NCBI GenBank assembly: GCA_047974745.1
Contig: JBKECO010000031.1
Span: 33,478-97,477 of the forward strand
Source: Lachnospiraceae bacterium
GTDB lineage: Bacteria > Bacillota > Clostridia > Lachnospirales > Lachnospiraceae
Length of the DNA stretch: 64,000 nt
Reading direction: 5' to 3'
Shown here: positions 27,619-37,747 of the stretch, piece after piece
Numbering within the stretch: the stretch's first letter is position 1
Layout of the letters: every line of letters starts with the position of its first letter
Position numbers and translations under genes: made by a program
Notes under the pieces: model-generated
What the model was told of the DNA's origin: nothing
Database searches by the model: none
The model's input: the letters and a program-made list of their open reading frames with translations, nothing else

Positions 27619-28785
27619 TTACAGGCAGTTCTGAAAGATATTTACAACATCTGCTTCATTTAGTGGTTTGAATGCATATTTCAACCCGCCGCTCATAGAT
27701 TTTTTGGCCATGAGTTCAAAGTTACTGTTATCTATTCCTATTTCTGTAAATGTACTTTGGAGCCCAAGTGTCTGAAACAAAAATTCTGATACCTTTTCTA
27801 TGCTCAATTTGGCAACTTCCATCTGTGGCAAAGAAGCATCGATGCCAAATACATTCACACCGAACTGATAATATTTGGATACTGTCGTCTCGTCTAAACA
27901 GTATTCCAGCCACCTTGGGGTCAGAATCGCAAGACCAAGACCATGTGTTATGTCATAAATGGCAGAAATCTCATGTTCCATTGGATGGCAGCTCCAGGCC
28001 TGTCTTTTTCCACCATTCACAAAACCATTGATCGCCCAGGATGAGGTCCACATTAAATTGGCTCTGGCTTCATAATCATCTGGCTTTTCCAATGCAACAG
28101 GAGCATACTTGATAATTGTTTTCATCAGACCTTCCATAACAGTATCTAACATAAATAAATCCTGGTTCATGTTAAAATATACTTCCAGAATGTGATTCAG
28201 CATATCTGCTGCACCACAAGCGGTCTGATATTGATTCACAGTATATGTATTTGTTGGATCTAAAAAAGATACTTTTGGCTGCATGACAGGGAATAATAGC
28301 CCTATTTTATCATGAGTCTGCGGATTGCTGATGACACCACCGCAGTCCATTTCTGATCCGGTTGCTGCCAGAGTAAGGATATCTATAATAGGGAGGCACT
28401 TCTCCACTCCCGTTTTCTGTGTCAGGATATCCCATGCATCCCCATCGTAAAAAGCTGCTGCTCCAATATATTTTGTACAGTCAATGACCGAGCCTCCACC
28501 CACAGCTAAAAGCACATCAATGTTTTCTTTTTTGCAGATATCGGCACCTACATTGACAGAACTCACTCTCGGATTGGGATCAATTCCTGATAGTTCAAAT
28601 AATTCCAGTCCTGCCTTTTTGATTTCAGTAATTACTTTGTCATAGAGCCCTATTTTCTTTATGGATCCTCCTCCATACGTCAAAAGAACTTTTGTGCCAT
28701 ACCTGCTCAGCTCTGCTCCAAGATGTTCTAACTGGTCTTCTCCAAAATACACTTTTGTGGGTATATCATAAATAAAACTATTCAT
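27619..28785 (-). CDS. Iron-containing (group III) alcohol dehydrogenase, butanol dehydrogenase/YqhD-like
   Basis: The ATG at 28785 follows AAGGAGA. Motifs are GGGS, GGGSVID and the His cluster HxxxH (HPMEHEISAIYDITHG). Confidence 0.85.
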   Translation of the reverse strand: MNSFIYDIPTKVYFGEDQLEHLGAELSRYGTKVLLTYGGGSIKKIGLYDKVITEIKKAGLELFELSGIDPNPRVSSVNVGADICKKENIDVLLAVGGGSVIDCTKYIGAAAFYDGDAWDILTQKTGVEKCLPIIDILTLAATGSEMDCGGVISNPQTHDKIGLLFPVMQPKVSFLDPTNTYTVNQYQTACGAADMLNHILEVYFNMNQDLFMLDTVMEGLMKTIIKYAPVALEKPDDYEARANLMWTSSWAINGFVNGGKRQAWSCHPMEHEISAIYDITHGLGLAILTPRWLEYCLDETTVSKYYQFGVNVFGIDASLPQMEVAKLSIEKVSEFLFQTLGLQSTFTEIGIDNSNFELMAKKSMSGGLKYAFKPLNEADVVNIFQNCL

Positions 28786-28817
28786 TCTGTTCTCCTTGTA
28801 TCTCATCTTTTGTTAGT

Positions 28818-28854
28818 TGATACAGTTACTGTATCACTTGGAGTGAGCTCCAAG
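28818..28854 (-). promoter_or_regulatory. Two abutting perfect palindromes within a MerR-type promoter upstream of the adh-fld-merR-cupin operon
   Basis: The first is TGATACAGT-T-ACTGTATCA (28818-28836). The second is CTTGGAG-TGAG-CTCCAAG (28837-28854). On the minus strand, TTGCCT, 19 nt, then TACAGT spans the second dyad. Confidence 0.55.
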
Positions 28855-28882
28855 GCAAGTGCTTTTTTAAAATTTTTGAATT

Positions 28883-29740
28883 TTACTCTTTTTTGCGCTC
28901 TTCAACCATGTTAACGAACCATTCCACCATTGCCGGATCCTGATGTGAGAAAAAGGAACTTTTTTCCTGATCCAGCTCTGCTATTTTGTTCATATCATCA
29001 TCTGACATCTCAAAGTCAAATACATCCAGGTTCTCCTTCATTCTTTCAAAATGAGTCGACTTTGGAATTACAACAACACCACGTTGAATATGCCAGCGGA
29101 GCATGATCTGTGCAACCGTTTTTTTATATCTGTCAGCAATTTCCACGAGGACTGGGTTCGAAAACATTTCCCCCCGTCCTTCACCGAATGGTGCCCATGC
29201 TTCGATCTGCACATTATATTTGTCCATCCATTCCTTCGCTGCCTTCTGCTGGTTCAGTGGATGTGTCTCAACCTGATTGACCATCGGCGTAATTTCTGAA
29301 AATGCTGCAATATCTACCATTCTGTCTGCGTAAAAATTAGAAATACCGATTGCCCTGATTTTACCTTCTTTATAAAGATCTTCCAGTGCGCGATATGCTC
29401 CATAATAATCTCCAAATGGCTGATGGAGCAGGACAAGATCCAGATAATTTGTTTTCAACTTTCTCATTGACTCTAGCACGGATGCTTTTGCCTTTTCATA
29501 GCCATAAAATTCGACCCATATTTTTGTTGTCAAAAATATTTCTTCTCTTGGAACCCCGCTGTTCAAAATTGCATTCCCTACTTCTTCCTCATTCGCGTAG
29601 CTCTGTGCGGTATCTATCGACCGATAACCAGCCTTCAGTGCATCCAGAACACATCTTTCACACTCTTCTTTCGTCACCTGATATACACCGTATCCTAAAA
29701 TTGGCATTTTTACTCCATTGTTTAAACTTACATATTCCAT
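28883..29740 (-). CDS. Aldo/keto reductase
   Basis: The ATG at 29740 follows GGAGG. The sequence begins MPILGYGVYQ, has the catalytic D/Y/K/H context (IDTAQSY, LHQP), and contains IPKS. Confidence 0.88.
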   Translation of the reverse strand: MEYVSLNNGVKMPILGYGVYQVTKEECERCVLDALKAGYRSIDTAQSYANEEEVGNAILNSGVPREEIFLTTKIWVEFYGYEKAKASVLESMRKLKTNYLDLVLLHQPFGDYYGAYRALEDLYKEGKIRAIGISNFYADRMVDIAAFSEITPMVNQVETHPLNQQKAAKEWMDKYNVQIEAWAPFGEGRGEMFSNPVLVEIADRYKKTVAQIMLRWHIQRGVVVIPKSTHFERMKENLDVFDFEMSDDDMNKIAELDQEKSSFFSHQDPAMVEWFVNMVEERKKE

Positions 29741-29969
29741 TTTTTTCCTCCGATTTTCCTCATTCACAATGCCAGATACTTCTGACAGAGTCTCGAGATC
29801 TGGTGTTTTGACTTCTTCTTTTGATACTCATTTTTGTGCAGCGCATGCATTTCTTTTATGACATTAGTTTACATCCAATGTTTCTGAATGTACAATAAGA
29901 ATATAGGAAACTGCATTTCATAATATGAATAGTAAATGTCCTGACTTTTCGATCCGGACAGGAGGGAAT

Positions 29970-30782
29970 ATGTTAAATTTAATTGAATTGGAACAGTTCA
30001 TTGCTTTTTCAGAATATGGTACACTTTCAAAAGCTGCCGAAAAACTAAACATCTCTCAACCGACGATCACGCGTACTATGCAGCGTGTAGAGGATAGTTT
30101 TGGAATCCCTTTGTTCATCAGAAGCAAAAACAAAATTGAGCTTAGCGAGTCTGGCATGAAAGCAGTTGAATACTCAAGAAATCTATTGGCAGATGCTGAC
30201 AACACGATTCACTTGGTTCAGCAATTTTACAAAGGTCTGCATACTGTTTCCGTAGAATCCTGTGCGCCGGCTCCTCTTTGGTCCTTTCTTCCAGAATTAT
30301 CCTCTCGCGTTCCAGAAAAATCGATTATTTCCAGAATTGCTCCTATTTCAGAAATCATCGAAAATATCAGATCCGACCACAGTGATATCGGCATCCTGCC
30401 ACATCCAGTCGATCTGGATGGGATTCACTGTGTTTCCTTAATGAAGGAGTCATTATCTGTCTGCGTCCGACCGGAGCATGATCTTGCACATAAAAATTCG
30501 CTGTCATTTCATGAACTGAATGGATTTAATTTTCTGCTTCGATCACAGATCGGGTTTTGGAATGAGCTCTGCCATGAAAAAATGCCTTCCTCGAAATTTT
30601 TAATTCAAACAGATGAATTCGCATTCAATGAGTTGATTCGTGAATCTTCTCTTCCCTTCTTTGCAACAAATCTGACGAAAGATACGCAAGGATTAATAAA
30701 AGACAGAGTTAGAATTCCTATAACGGATCCTGAAGCCAATGTCACATATTATATGATTTCAAAATATTCTTGGTCGTTGTGA
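29970..30782 (+). CDS. LysR-family transcriptional regulator, divergent from the AKR gene
   Basis: The ATG at 29970 follows GGAGGG. The HTH is LEQFIAFSEYGTLSKAAEKLNISQPTITRTMQRVE. Confidence 0.85.
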   Translation: MLNLIELEQFIAFSEYGTLSKAAEKLNISQPTITRTMQRVEDSFGIPLFIRSKNKIELSESGMKAVEYSRNLLADADNTIHLVQQFYKGLHTVSVESCAPAPLWSFLPELSSRVPEKSIISRIAPISEIIENIRSDHSDIGILPHPVDLDGIHCVSLMKESLSVCVRPEHDLAHKNSLSFHELNGFNFLLRSQIGFWNELCHEKMPSSKFLIQTDEFAFNELIRESSLPFFATNLTKDTQGLIKDRVRIPITDPEANVTYYMISKYSWSL

Positions 30783-30825
30783 GCATAGCTGACTCTTATA
30801 AAATGCCGTTTCGCGTTCGCTTCAA

Positions 30826-30862
30826 TAAAAAAGCGATTATCTTTTTCATAAGATGATCGCTT
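30826..30862 (-). terminator. Intrinsic terminator after pyrD
   Basis: 13-bp stem aagcgattatctt / aagatgatcgctt with one G-U pair and a 6-nt loop. It is followed on the minus strand by TTTTTT. Confidence 0.7.
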
Positions 30863-30902
30863 TGCTTATTACATTTATGATCCTTATATAGAATCTCGTT
30901 TC

Positions 30903-31808
30903 TTACTGATGTACTGCACCAATCAGATCATTGATGTCCTTTACACCATAAAGTTTCATATAATCTTCGATACCTTCCACAATTTCCAGAGATACTGATG
31001 GATTTCTAAAATTCGCCGTTCCCACTGATATCGCGGTCGCTCCTGCCAGAATCATCTCAATTGCATCCTCTGCAGTCATGATTCCACCCATTCCAATAAT
31101 TGGAACAGACACTGCCTGTGCCGCCTGGTACACCATTCGAACCGCAATTGGATGAATGGCCGGACCTGACAATCCACCTGTTCTATTCCCAAGCAGAAAA
31201 CGTTTGCTGTGGATATCGATTTTCATGGCAGTCAGAGTATTGATCAGAGAAAGTAAATCTGCGCCTCCTGCCTCTGCTGCTTTTGCCATGTCTGTAATAT
31301 CGGTCACATTCGGACTCAGCTTCATAACGACAGGCTGTCTGGCCAGTCTTTTTATTTCCTTGGTGATCGATTCGATACAGGAGGCATCCTGCCCAAAAGC
31401 AATGCCGCCTTCTTTCACATTCGGACATGAAATATTGATTTCCAACAGATCAACTGGCTGATCGGAAAGGCGCTCCACTACTTCGCAATAGTCACTGATG
31501 CTCTTCCCGCAGACATTGACAATGATTTTTGTATCATATTTTGACAGAAATGGAATATCCCGTTCTATAAAGACTTCTATCCCCGGATTCTGCAATCCGA
31601 TCGCATTCAGCATTCCACCATAAACTTCTGCTACTCTGGGAACTACATTTCCCTCCCAGGGAATATTGGATACACCTTTTGTGATGATACCTCCGAGTTT
31701 ATTCAGGTCCATGAATTCTGAAAATTCTTCACCGGAACCAAATGTTCCAGATGCTGTTGTTACAGGATTCTTCAGCTTTACTCCTGCAAGACTAACTGAT
31801 GTATTCAC
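30903..31808 (-). CDS. pyrD: Dihydroorotate dehydrogenase B, catalytic subunit
   Basis: 301 aa. The GTG start overlaps the pyrK TAG stop by 1 nt. Motifs are NPVTTASGTFG, INISCPN and GGI. Confidence 0.92.
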   Translation of the reverse strand: MNTSVSLAGVKLKNPVTTASGTFGSGEEFSEFMDLNKLGGIITKGVSNIPWEGNVVPRVAEVYGGMLNAIGLQNPGIEVFIERDIPFLSKYDTKIIVNVCGKSISDYCEVVERLSDQPVDLLEINISCPNVKEGGIAFGQDASCIESITKEIKRLARQPVVMKLSPNVTDITDMAKAAEAGGADLLSLINTLTAMKIDIHSKRFLLGNRTGGLSGPAIHPIAVRMVYQAAQAVSVPIIGMGGIMTAEDAIEMILAGATAISVGTANFRNPSVSLEIVEGIEDYMKLYGVKDINDLIGAVHQ

Positions 31809-32575
31809 TAGATTTCCACCTCCTCAGCTCGAAATACAGGACCTTCTTTGCAGACCCTTTTATTTTTTACATTTGTATGTGAGTCCTTGTTCTTTGATTT
31901 GCATACACATCCAAGACACGCTCCGATTCCACAGGCCATCCTTTCTTCCAAAGATAGCCAGCATTCAATATGATGTTCCTGTGCGTAACGCTTGATTGCA
32001 CGAAGCATGGGAGTTGGACCGCAGGCATATATAATATCTGCTGAGAGCCCATTTTCTCGAATTGCATCCAGGACATTACCCTGTGTTCCGGTTCCGCCCT
32101 CTTCTGTTGCGATATATACATCTGAAAAAAGCCGAAAATCATCTACAAGAAAAGTATCTTCCCGAAAACCTAAAATTGCTTTTTTTTCACAGTCCAGCTG
32201 CTTTGCCAGCTCCAGCATGGGAGGAATTCCAATTCCACCGCCAATCAGAAATGCCTTTTTTGTTTTTAATGGGAATCCATTTCCAAGGGGTCCGATCACA
32301 TCGAGCCACATTCCAGCACTCAGATTTGAAAACTCCTCGGTTCCTTTACCAAGTATACGATACACGAGGCGAATGGAGCTGTCAGCTTTGTCAATTTCAC
32401 AGATACTGATCGGCCTTGGAAGCAGTCTGCTTCCATCTGTGCAGTACATATCTACAAACTGGCCTGGAACTGCAACGTCTGCGATTCCTTCCGCTCTTAA
32501 CCACATGTCGAACACACCACTGGAAATTTCTTTCTGCCGAATCACGATTGCTTTCACTTTTTTCTTTACAGACAT
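31808..32575 (-). CDS. pyrK: Dihydroorotate dehydrogenase B, electron-transfer (FAD/2Fe-2S) subunit
   Basis: The ATG at 32575 has an AGGAGA RBS. The C-terminal cluster is CGIGACLGC...C. Confidence 0.88.
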   Translation of the reverse strand: MSVKKKVKAIVIRQKEISSGVFDMWLRAEGIADVAVPGQFVDMYCTDGSRLLPRPISICEIDKADSSIRLVYRILGKGTEEFSNLSAGMWLDVIGPLGNGFPLKTKKAFLIGGGIGIPPMLELAKQLDCEKKAILGFREDTFLVDDFRLFSDVYIATEEGGTGTQGNVLDAIRENGLSADIIYACGPTPMLRAIKRYAQEHHIECWLSLEERMACGIGACLGCVCKSKNKDSHTNVKNKRVCKEGPVFRAEEVEI

Positions 32576-32576
32576 T

Positions 32577-33872
32577 TTATATGCTCTCCTGATATACGAT
32601 ATTTCCATCGTTTATTGTCATGACCACTTTGCCAAAAACTTCCTTTCCAACAAAGGGCGAATTTTTACTTTTCCCGGCGAAATCAGCTTCACTGATTTTA
32701 TAGAAAGCTTCTGGATCAAATATGGTTACATCTGCTGCCTTTCCAACTGCCAGACTTCCTTTCTCTATGTTCAGGATTGCCGCTGGGTTTCTGCTCATTT
32801 TCTCTGCCATCTGCATGGGTGTAAGATATCCCTCTTTCACAAGTGCTGTGTAGGTCAAGGATGCAGCAGTCTCAAGACCAATGATACCAAATGGTGCAGA
32901 TGCCATTGACTGTGATTTCTCCTTCCCAGTATGTGGAGCGTGATCTGTAGAGATCACTTCTAAGGTTCCGTCAGAGAGACCTTTAATCAGTTCCTCCACA
33001 TCTTCTTTGCTTCGAAGTGGCGGGTTCATCTTATAATTTGCATCATCACATAAGATATCCTCATCGGTCAGAATGAAATGATGCGGACATACCTCGCCTG
33101 AAACCTTTACTCCAACAGATTTTCCATATCGGATGATATCCACGCTTCCTTTTGTTGAGCAATGACACAGATGCAGCTGACATCCAGTCGCTCCTGCTAA
33201 GATCGTATCTCTGGCTGCGATCACATCCTCTGTGTAATTGCCAATTCCTTTCATGCCAAGTTCATCGGCGCGTTTTCCCTTATTCATGACTCCGCCTGCA
33301 ACCAGCGATTTATCTTCACAATGCGCAAATACAGGTGCACCTAGCTTTGCTGCGATTTCCATTCCCTGGCGGTAAAGCTCTGCATCCATTACGGACTTTC
33401 CATCTTCAGAATAGGCTCTGCATCCAGCATCGAACATTTTCTTCATATCGGAAAGAGCTTGACCGCCCTGTCCTTTGGTAATTGCCCCTGCCTGCAGAAC
33501 ATGGACCAGACCGATTTCATCTGCCCTATGCTGTACATAGGTTATGATCTGGGCGCAGTCCGCCGAAGGGCTGGTGTTCGGCATAGCCACGATTGTAGTG
33601 AATCCACCCCTTACTGCTGCCCTGGACCCTGATTCAATATCTTCTTTTTCTGTAAAGCCGGGATCTCTAAGATGCACATGGAGATCGATAAATCCAGGCA
33701 TCACAAAATATCCTTTTGCATCTACGACTGTTGCATCTATCCCGATTACATCCTTGCTATCTATATTTGGACTGATGTCTTTAATGACACCATCTTCGAT
33801 CAATAGATCACGTATACTGTCGATCTGCTGATCCGGATCAATGACCCTGCCGTTCTTAATCAGTAATTTCAT
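32577..33872 (-). CDS. pyrC: Dihydroorotase
   Basis: 431 aa with DLHVHLRDPG and the STDHAPH motif. Confidence 0.92.
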   Translation of the reverse strand: MKLLIKNGRVIDPDQQIDSIRDLLIEDGVIKDISPNIDSKDVIGIDATVVDAKGYFVMPGFIDLHVHLRDPGFTEKEDIESGSRAAVRGGFTTIVAMPNTSPSADCAQIITYVQHRADEIGLVHVLQAGAITKGQGGQALSDMKKMFDAGCRAYSEDGKSVMDAELYRQGMEIAAKLGAPVFAHCEDKSLVAGGVMNKGKRADELGMKGIGNYTEDVIAARDTILAGATGCQLHLCHCSTKGSVDIIRYGKSVGVKVSGEVCPHHFILTDEDILCDDANYKMNPPLRSKEDVEELIKGLSDGTLEVISTDHAPHTGKEKSQSMASAPFGIIGLETAASLTYTALVKEGYLTPMQMAEKMSRNPAAILNIEKGSLAVGKAADVTIFDPEAFYKISEADFAGKSKNSPFVGKEVFGKVVMTINDGNIVYQESI

Positions 33873-33945
33873 TTGTTTTTCCTCATTCAGTCATCATCCT
33901 CACAAACAAATTCATTGTACCATAAATTCGAATATGGGAAAAGTC

Positions 33946-33978
33946 AAAAAGGGTACGAAAGTTGCGACTCTCGTACCC
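33946..33978 (-). terminator. Intrinsic terminator after glgP
   Basis: Minus strand reads GGGTACGA, a 12-nt loop, TCGTACCC, then TTTTT. Confidence 0.7.
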
Positions 33979-33985
33979 CTGTTTC

Positions 33986-36244
33986 TTAGGAAAGCTTCCA
34001 AATATCGTTATTATACTGCTCGATTGTTCGATCAGATGAGAAGTAACCTGACTGGCTGATATTGATCAGCATTTTTTTTGCCCACACTTGCTGTTTTTCA
34101 TAATCCTTTAGGGCCTTATCCTTTGTCTGAATATAGGATTTGAAATCTAGCAGTGTCATGAACCAGTCCTTATTCAAGATCTCATTATATAGTCTGGTGA
34201 GATTCTCTTCTTTTCCGATTGAGAGCATTTTATCACTAATAATAAAATCCAGCGCCTGTTTCACATTTTTATCTTTTTTATAGAAATCCTTCGCAACATA
34301 GTCTCCCAGCCTGTAGTGCTCAATGACCGTATCGCTGGACTCACCAAAGATATATATATTGTCTTCCCCCACGAGTTCGGCGATCTCTACATTGGCACCA
34401 TCCATGGTACCCAGGGCGACTGCTCCATTCAACATGAACTTCATATTACTCGTACCACTCGCCTCTTTCGATGCCAGCGAAATCTGTTCATGTATATCTG
34501 CTGCCGGAATCAGTTTTTCAGCCAGTGTTACATTGTAATTCTCAACCATTACCACACTAAGATGCTGGCTGACGATTGGATCCTCTGCGATTAATTCCTG
34601 CAGACACAGGATCAGATGAATGATATCTTTGGCAATGATATAAGCCGGCGCAGCTTTTGCTCCAAAAATCACAGTAATGGGACGCTTCGGAAGCTTACCT
34701 GCCTTGATCTCAAAATATTTGTGAATTACATAAAGTGCATTCATCTGCTGTCTCTTATACTCGTGAAGACGTTTGATCTGAATATCAAAAATGGAATCAG
34801 GATTTATTTTAATCCCCTGCACACGTTCCAAGTACTCAACAAGGTCACCCTTATTGCGATTCTTAATATCCAGCAGTTTCTGCCAAACTGTGGGGTCTGC
34901 TGCAAATGCCGCTAGTTTCTGTAGCTCCATGGCGTCTTTTTTAAATCCGGGACCAATGAGTTCTTCGATAAATTCTGCAAGACTTGGATCGCTGTGAAGC
35001 AGCCATCTGCGGAATGTTATTCCATTCGTTTTATTATTAAATTTTTCCGGATACAACTTATAGAACTTATTTAATTCACTATTCTTTAAGATCTCTGTAT
35101 GCAGATACGCAACACCATTCACGCTAAAACCGTAATGAATATCTATATGTGCCATATGAATCGTTTTGTTCGCATCTATGATAGCTACAGCTGGATCCTT
35201 GAACTTCTTCATAACCCTGTTGTTCAGCTCATAAATAATTGGAATCAGCTGCGGAACGACCTGCTGCATATATTTCATAGGCCATTTTTCCAGAGCTTCG
35301 GCTAAAATTGTATGATTTGTATAAGCGCATGTCTTTGAAACGATCTTAATTGCTTCATCCATACAAATTCCCTCTTCCAGAAGTAATCTGATCAGTTCAG
35401 GGATGATCATTGTAGGATGAGTATCATTGATCTGAATCACCGCATAATCATAAAGATTCTTAAGGTTTGAGCCTTTCTTCTTAGCTTCATCGATTATAAG
35501 TCTTGCGCCGCAGCTAACCATCATGTACTGCTGATAAATTCTCAACATTCTTCCGGCATCATCACTGTCATCTGGGTAGAGGAACAGCGTCAGGTTCTTT
35601 TTGATATTTGTTTTATCAAAGTCAATACCATCTCCCTTTACGATTTTCTCGCTTACAGATTCGATATCGAACAGATGCAATTGATTGATTCGGTTCTCAT
35701 AACCGATCACATCGATATCGTACATTCTGGCCTGTACTTCGAAGCCCCCATAATTCACAGGGTAGACCACATCCGTCTTTTTAAGCCAGCTTGTCTTCTC
35801 GATCCATGGATTTGGCGCCTCGAACTGCAGATTGTCTTCAAATAGCTGTTTAAAAAGCCCAAAATGATAATTGAGACCAATCCCATCTCCTTCCAGTCCA
35901 AGCGTTGCGATCGAATCCAGAAAGCAGGCTGCTAATCTGCCGAGTCCTCCATTTCCCAATGATGGCTCAGGCTCCGTCTCCTCGATTTCTGCCATGGACT
36001 TCCCATAAGCAGCAAGCAGTTCCTTCATTTCATCATAGATGCCTAGATTGATTAAATTATTAGACAGCAGCTTTCCGATCAAAAATTCTGCTGAAACATA
36101 ATAGAGTTTCTTTTTCTTCTCTACTTGATTTTTTAACTTGGCACTCTCCTTAACATAGGAGAGAAGAGCATAGTACAATTCCTGATTTGTGCATTCCCCG
36201 ATTTCTTTTTGAAATTTTCGTTTTACTATTGTTTGTAAACTCAT
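33986..36244 (-). CDS. glgP: Glycogen/maltodextrin (alpha-glucan) phosphorylase
   Basis: 752 aa with [10 protein letters not shown] and the PLP-lysine region [15 protein letters not shown]. Confidence 0.93.
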   Translation of the reverse strand: MSLQTIVKRKFQKEIGECTNQELYYALLSYVKESAKLKNQVEKKKKLYYVSAEFLIGKLLSNNLINLGIYDEMKELLAAYGKSMAEIEETEPEPSLGNGGLGRLAACFLDSIATLGLEGDGIGLNYHFGLFKQLFEDNLQFEAPNPWIEKTSWLKKTDVVYPVNYGGFEVQARMYDIDVIGYENRINQLHLFDIESVSEKIVKGDGIDFDKTNIKKNLTLFLYPDDSDDAGRMLRIYQQYMMVSCGARLIIDEAKKKGSNLKNLYDYAVIQINDTHPTMIIPELIRLLLEEGICMDEAIKIVSKTCAYTNHTILAEALEKWPMKYMQQVVPQLIPIIYELNNRVMKKFKDPAVAIIDANKTIHMAHIDIHYGFSVNGVAYLHTEILKNSELNKFYKLYPEKFNNKTNGITFRRWLLHSDPSLAEFIEELIGPGFKKDAMELQKLAAFAADPTVWQKLLDIKNRNKGDLVEYLERVQGIKINPDSIFDIQIKRLHEYKRQQMNALYVIHKYFEIKAGKLPKRPITVIFGAKAAPAYIIAKDIIHLILCLQELIAEDPIVSQHLSVVMVENYNVTLAEKLIPAADIHEQISLASKEASGTSNMKFMLNGAVALGTMDGANVEIAELVGEDNIYIFGESSDTVIEHYRLGDYVAKDFYKKDKNVKQALDFIISDKMLSIGKEENLTRLYNEILNKDWFMTLLDFKSYIQTKDKALKDYEKQQVWAKKMLINISQSGYFSSDRTIEQYNNDIWKLS

Positions 36245-36270
36245 ACACAGCCTCCCTCATTATTGTATAA

Positions 36271-36286
36271 CTGGTAACGTTACCAG
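36271..36286. promoter_or_regulatory. Perfect 16-bp palindrome CTGGTAACGTTACCAG; candidate LacI-family/cre-like operator of glgP
   Basis: It has the central-CG palindrome form TGnnAACGTTnnCA. It lies 9 nt downstream of a minus-strand TATAAT (36296-36301) and about 27 nt upstream of the glgP ATG. Confidence 0.5.
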
Positions 36287-36430
36287 TACGACTAGATTAT
36301 ACTACTCCTTTACATCGTTTGTATAGTCCTAATCATAACACTTTATGATATTTAGTTGCAATATATGGCAAAAGAATAGTACAATACAGGGATAACCGGA
36401 ATGTAACTTGAGAAAGATGAGGTAATTTAT

Positions 36431-37702
36431 TTGAATACGGCCAATACAATTCAATTGTTATGTCTACTGTTGCTGCTGATGCTGTCTGCTTTTTTTTCTT
36501 CTGCAGAAACATCATACACAACGGTGAATCAAATTCGAATTCGGACGCTTTCAGAAGCAGGTGATAAACGAGCAAAACGAGTTCTTCTTATCACCAGTGA
36601 TATGCATAAAATGCTGAGCGCTATACTGATTGGCAACAATATTGCAAATTTGTCCGCCTCGTCGCTGGCCACGATCCTGTCGATCCGCTTATTTGGCAGT
36701 GCTGGAGCAGGAATTGCAACTGGTGTCCTTACTTTTCTCATTCTAATCTTTGGCGAGATTTCTCCAAAAACAATCGCTACTCGCCATGCCGACACAATCG
36801 CTCTAGCCTACTCAGGAATCGTATATGGACTTATGAAGGTTCTGACTCCTGTTATTATAATTGTGAATTTTCTTTCAAAAATGTTTCTGCGTCTGCTTCG
36901 TGTGGATGTAACAGCAAATGGTCAGACAATGACGGAAGAGGAATTTAAAACGATCGTGGATGTCGGACACGAAAGTGGTGTACTTGAAATAACGGAACAT
37001 GAGATGATCAATAATCTATTCGACTTTGGTGATGCCCAGGCGAAAGAGATCATGATACCAAGAATCGATATGACTTTTGCACGACTCGACAGCAGTTATG
37101 ATGAGATCATTGCTATCTTCCAGGAGGACAAATTTACTCGACTTCCAGTCTATGAAGATACCACAGACAATGTGATTGGCATCATTAATGTAAAGGACCT
37201 GCTATTAGTGAATGACAAAGCATCCTTTCATGTGAAAGATTATCTTAGAGAACCTTATTTCACATATGAGCATAAAAATACAGCAGAGCTTTTTATTGAA
37301 ATGCGGCAGAATTTTGTCAATAATATAGCGATCGTACTTGATGAGTACGGTGTTACAGCTGGCATGATCACACTTGAAGATCTCCTTGAAGAAATCGTGG
37401 GTGAAATTCGAGATGAGTACGATGCCGATGAAGAAGATCCTATTGTACGCTTGAACGCACGGGAATTTATTGTGCAGGGTTCTTATAATCTAGAGGATCT
37501 TTGTGATGAACTGGATCTTTCATTCCACTCTGAAGATTATGATACAATCGGTGGTTATCTGATCGGGTTGCTGGACCATGTCCCGGAAAAAAATGAGATC
37601 GTCATAACAGATGACAATACTCTTTTAAAGGTCGAGAAAATGGATAAGAACCGCATTGAAAAGGTATATATTAAGCTCCCTCTCGTTTCACATTCAGAGT
37701 AA
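36431..37702 (+). CDS. CNNM/TlyC-family protein (DUF21, CBS pair, CorC_HlyC)
   Basis: 423 aa with a TTG start 8 nt after GAGGT. It has 4 TM helices, CBS domains, and a C-terminal transporter-associated domain. Confidence 0.85.
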   Translation: MNTANTIQLLCLLLLLMLSAFFSSAETSYTTVNQIRIRTLSEAGDKRAKRVLLITSDMHKMLSAILIGNNIANLSASSLATILSIRLFGSAGAGIATGVLTFLILIFGEISPKTIATRHADTIALAYSGIVYGLMKVLTPVIIIVNFLSKMFLRLLRVDVTANGQTMTEEEFKTIVDVGHESGVLEITEHEMINNLFDFGDAQAKEIMIPRIDMTFARLDSSYDEIIAIFQEDKFTRLPVYEDTTDNVIGIINVKDLLLVNDKASFHVKDYLREPYFTYEHKNTAELFIEMRQNFVNNIAIVLDEYGVTAGMITLEDLLEEIVGEIRDEYDADEEDPIVRLNAREFIVQGSYNLEDLCDELDLSFHSEDYDTIGGYLIGLLDHVPEKNEIVITDDNTLLKVEKMDKNRIEKVYIKLPLVSHSE

Positions 37703-37747
37703 ACTTTGACATGAAGTACCGCACTCGCAATAATGTTGCACCTGACG

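Noticed and set aside
31992-32909. 305-aa plus-strand ORF spanning pyrK and pyrC
   Set aside because: It is antisense to two well-supported pyr genes and crosses their junction. It is Ser/Pro-rich with no recognisable domain.
33873-33985. PyrR-binding attenuator upstream of pyrC
   Set aside because: The hairpin present is better explained as the glgP terminator. The conserved PyrR loop (UCCAGAGAGG-like) is absent. The same is true upstream of pyrE.
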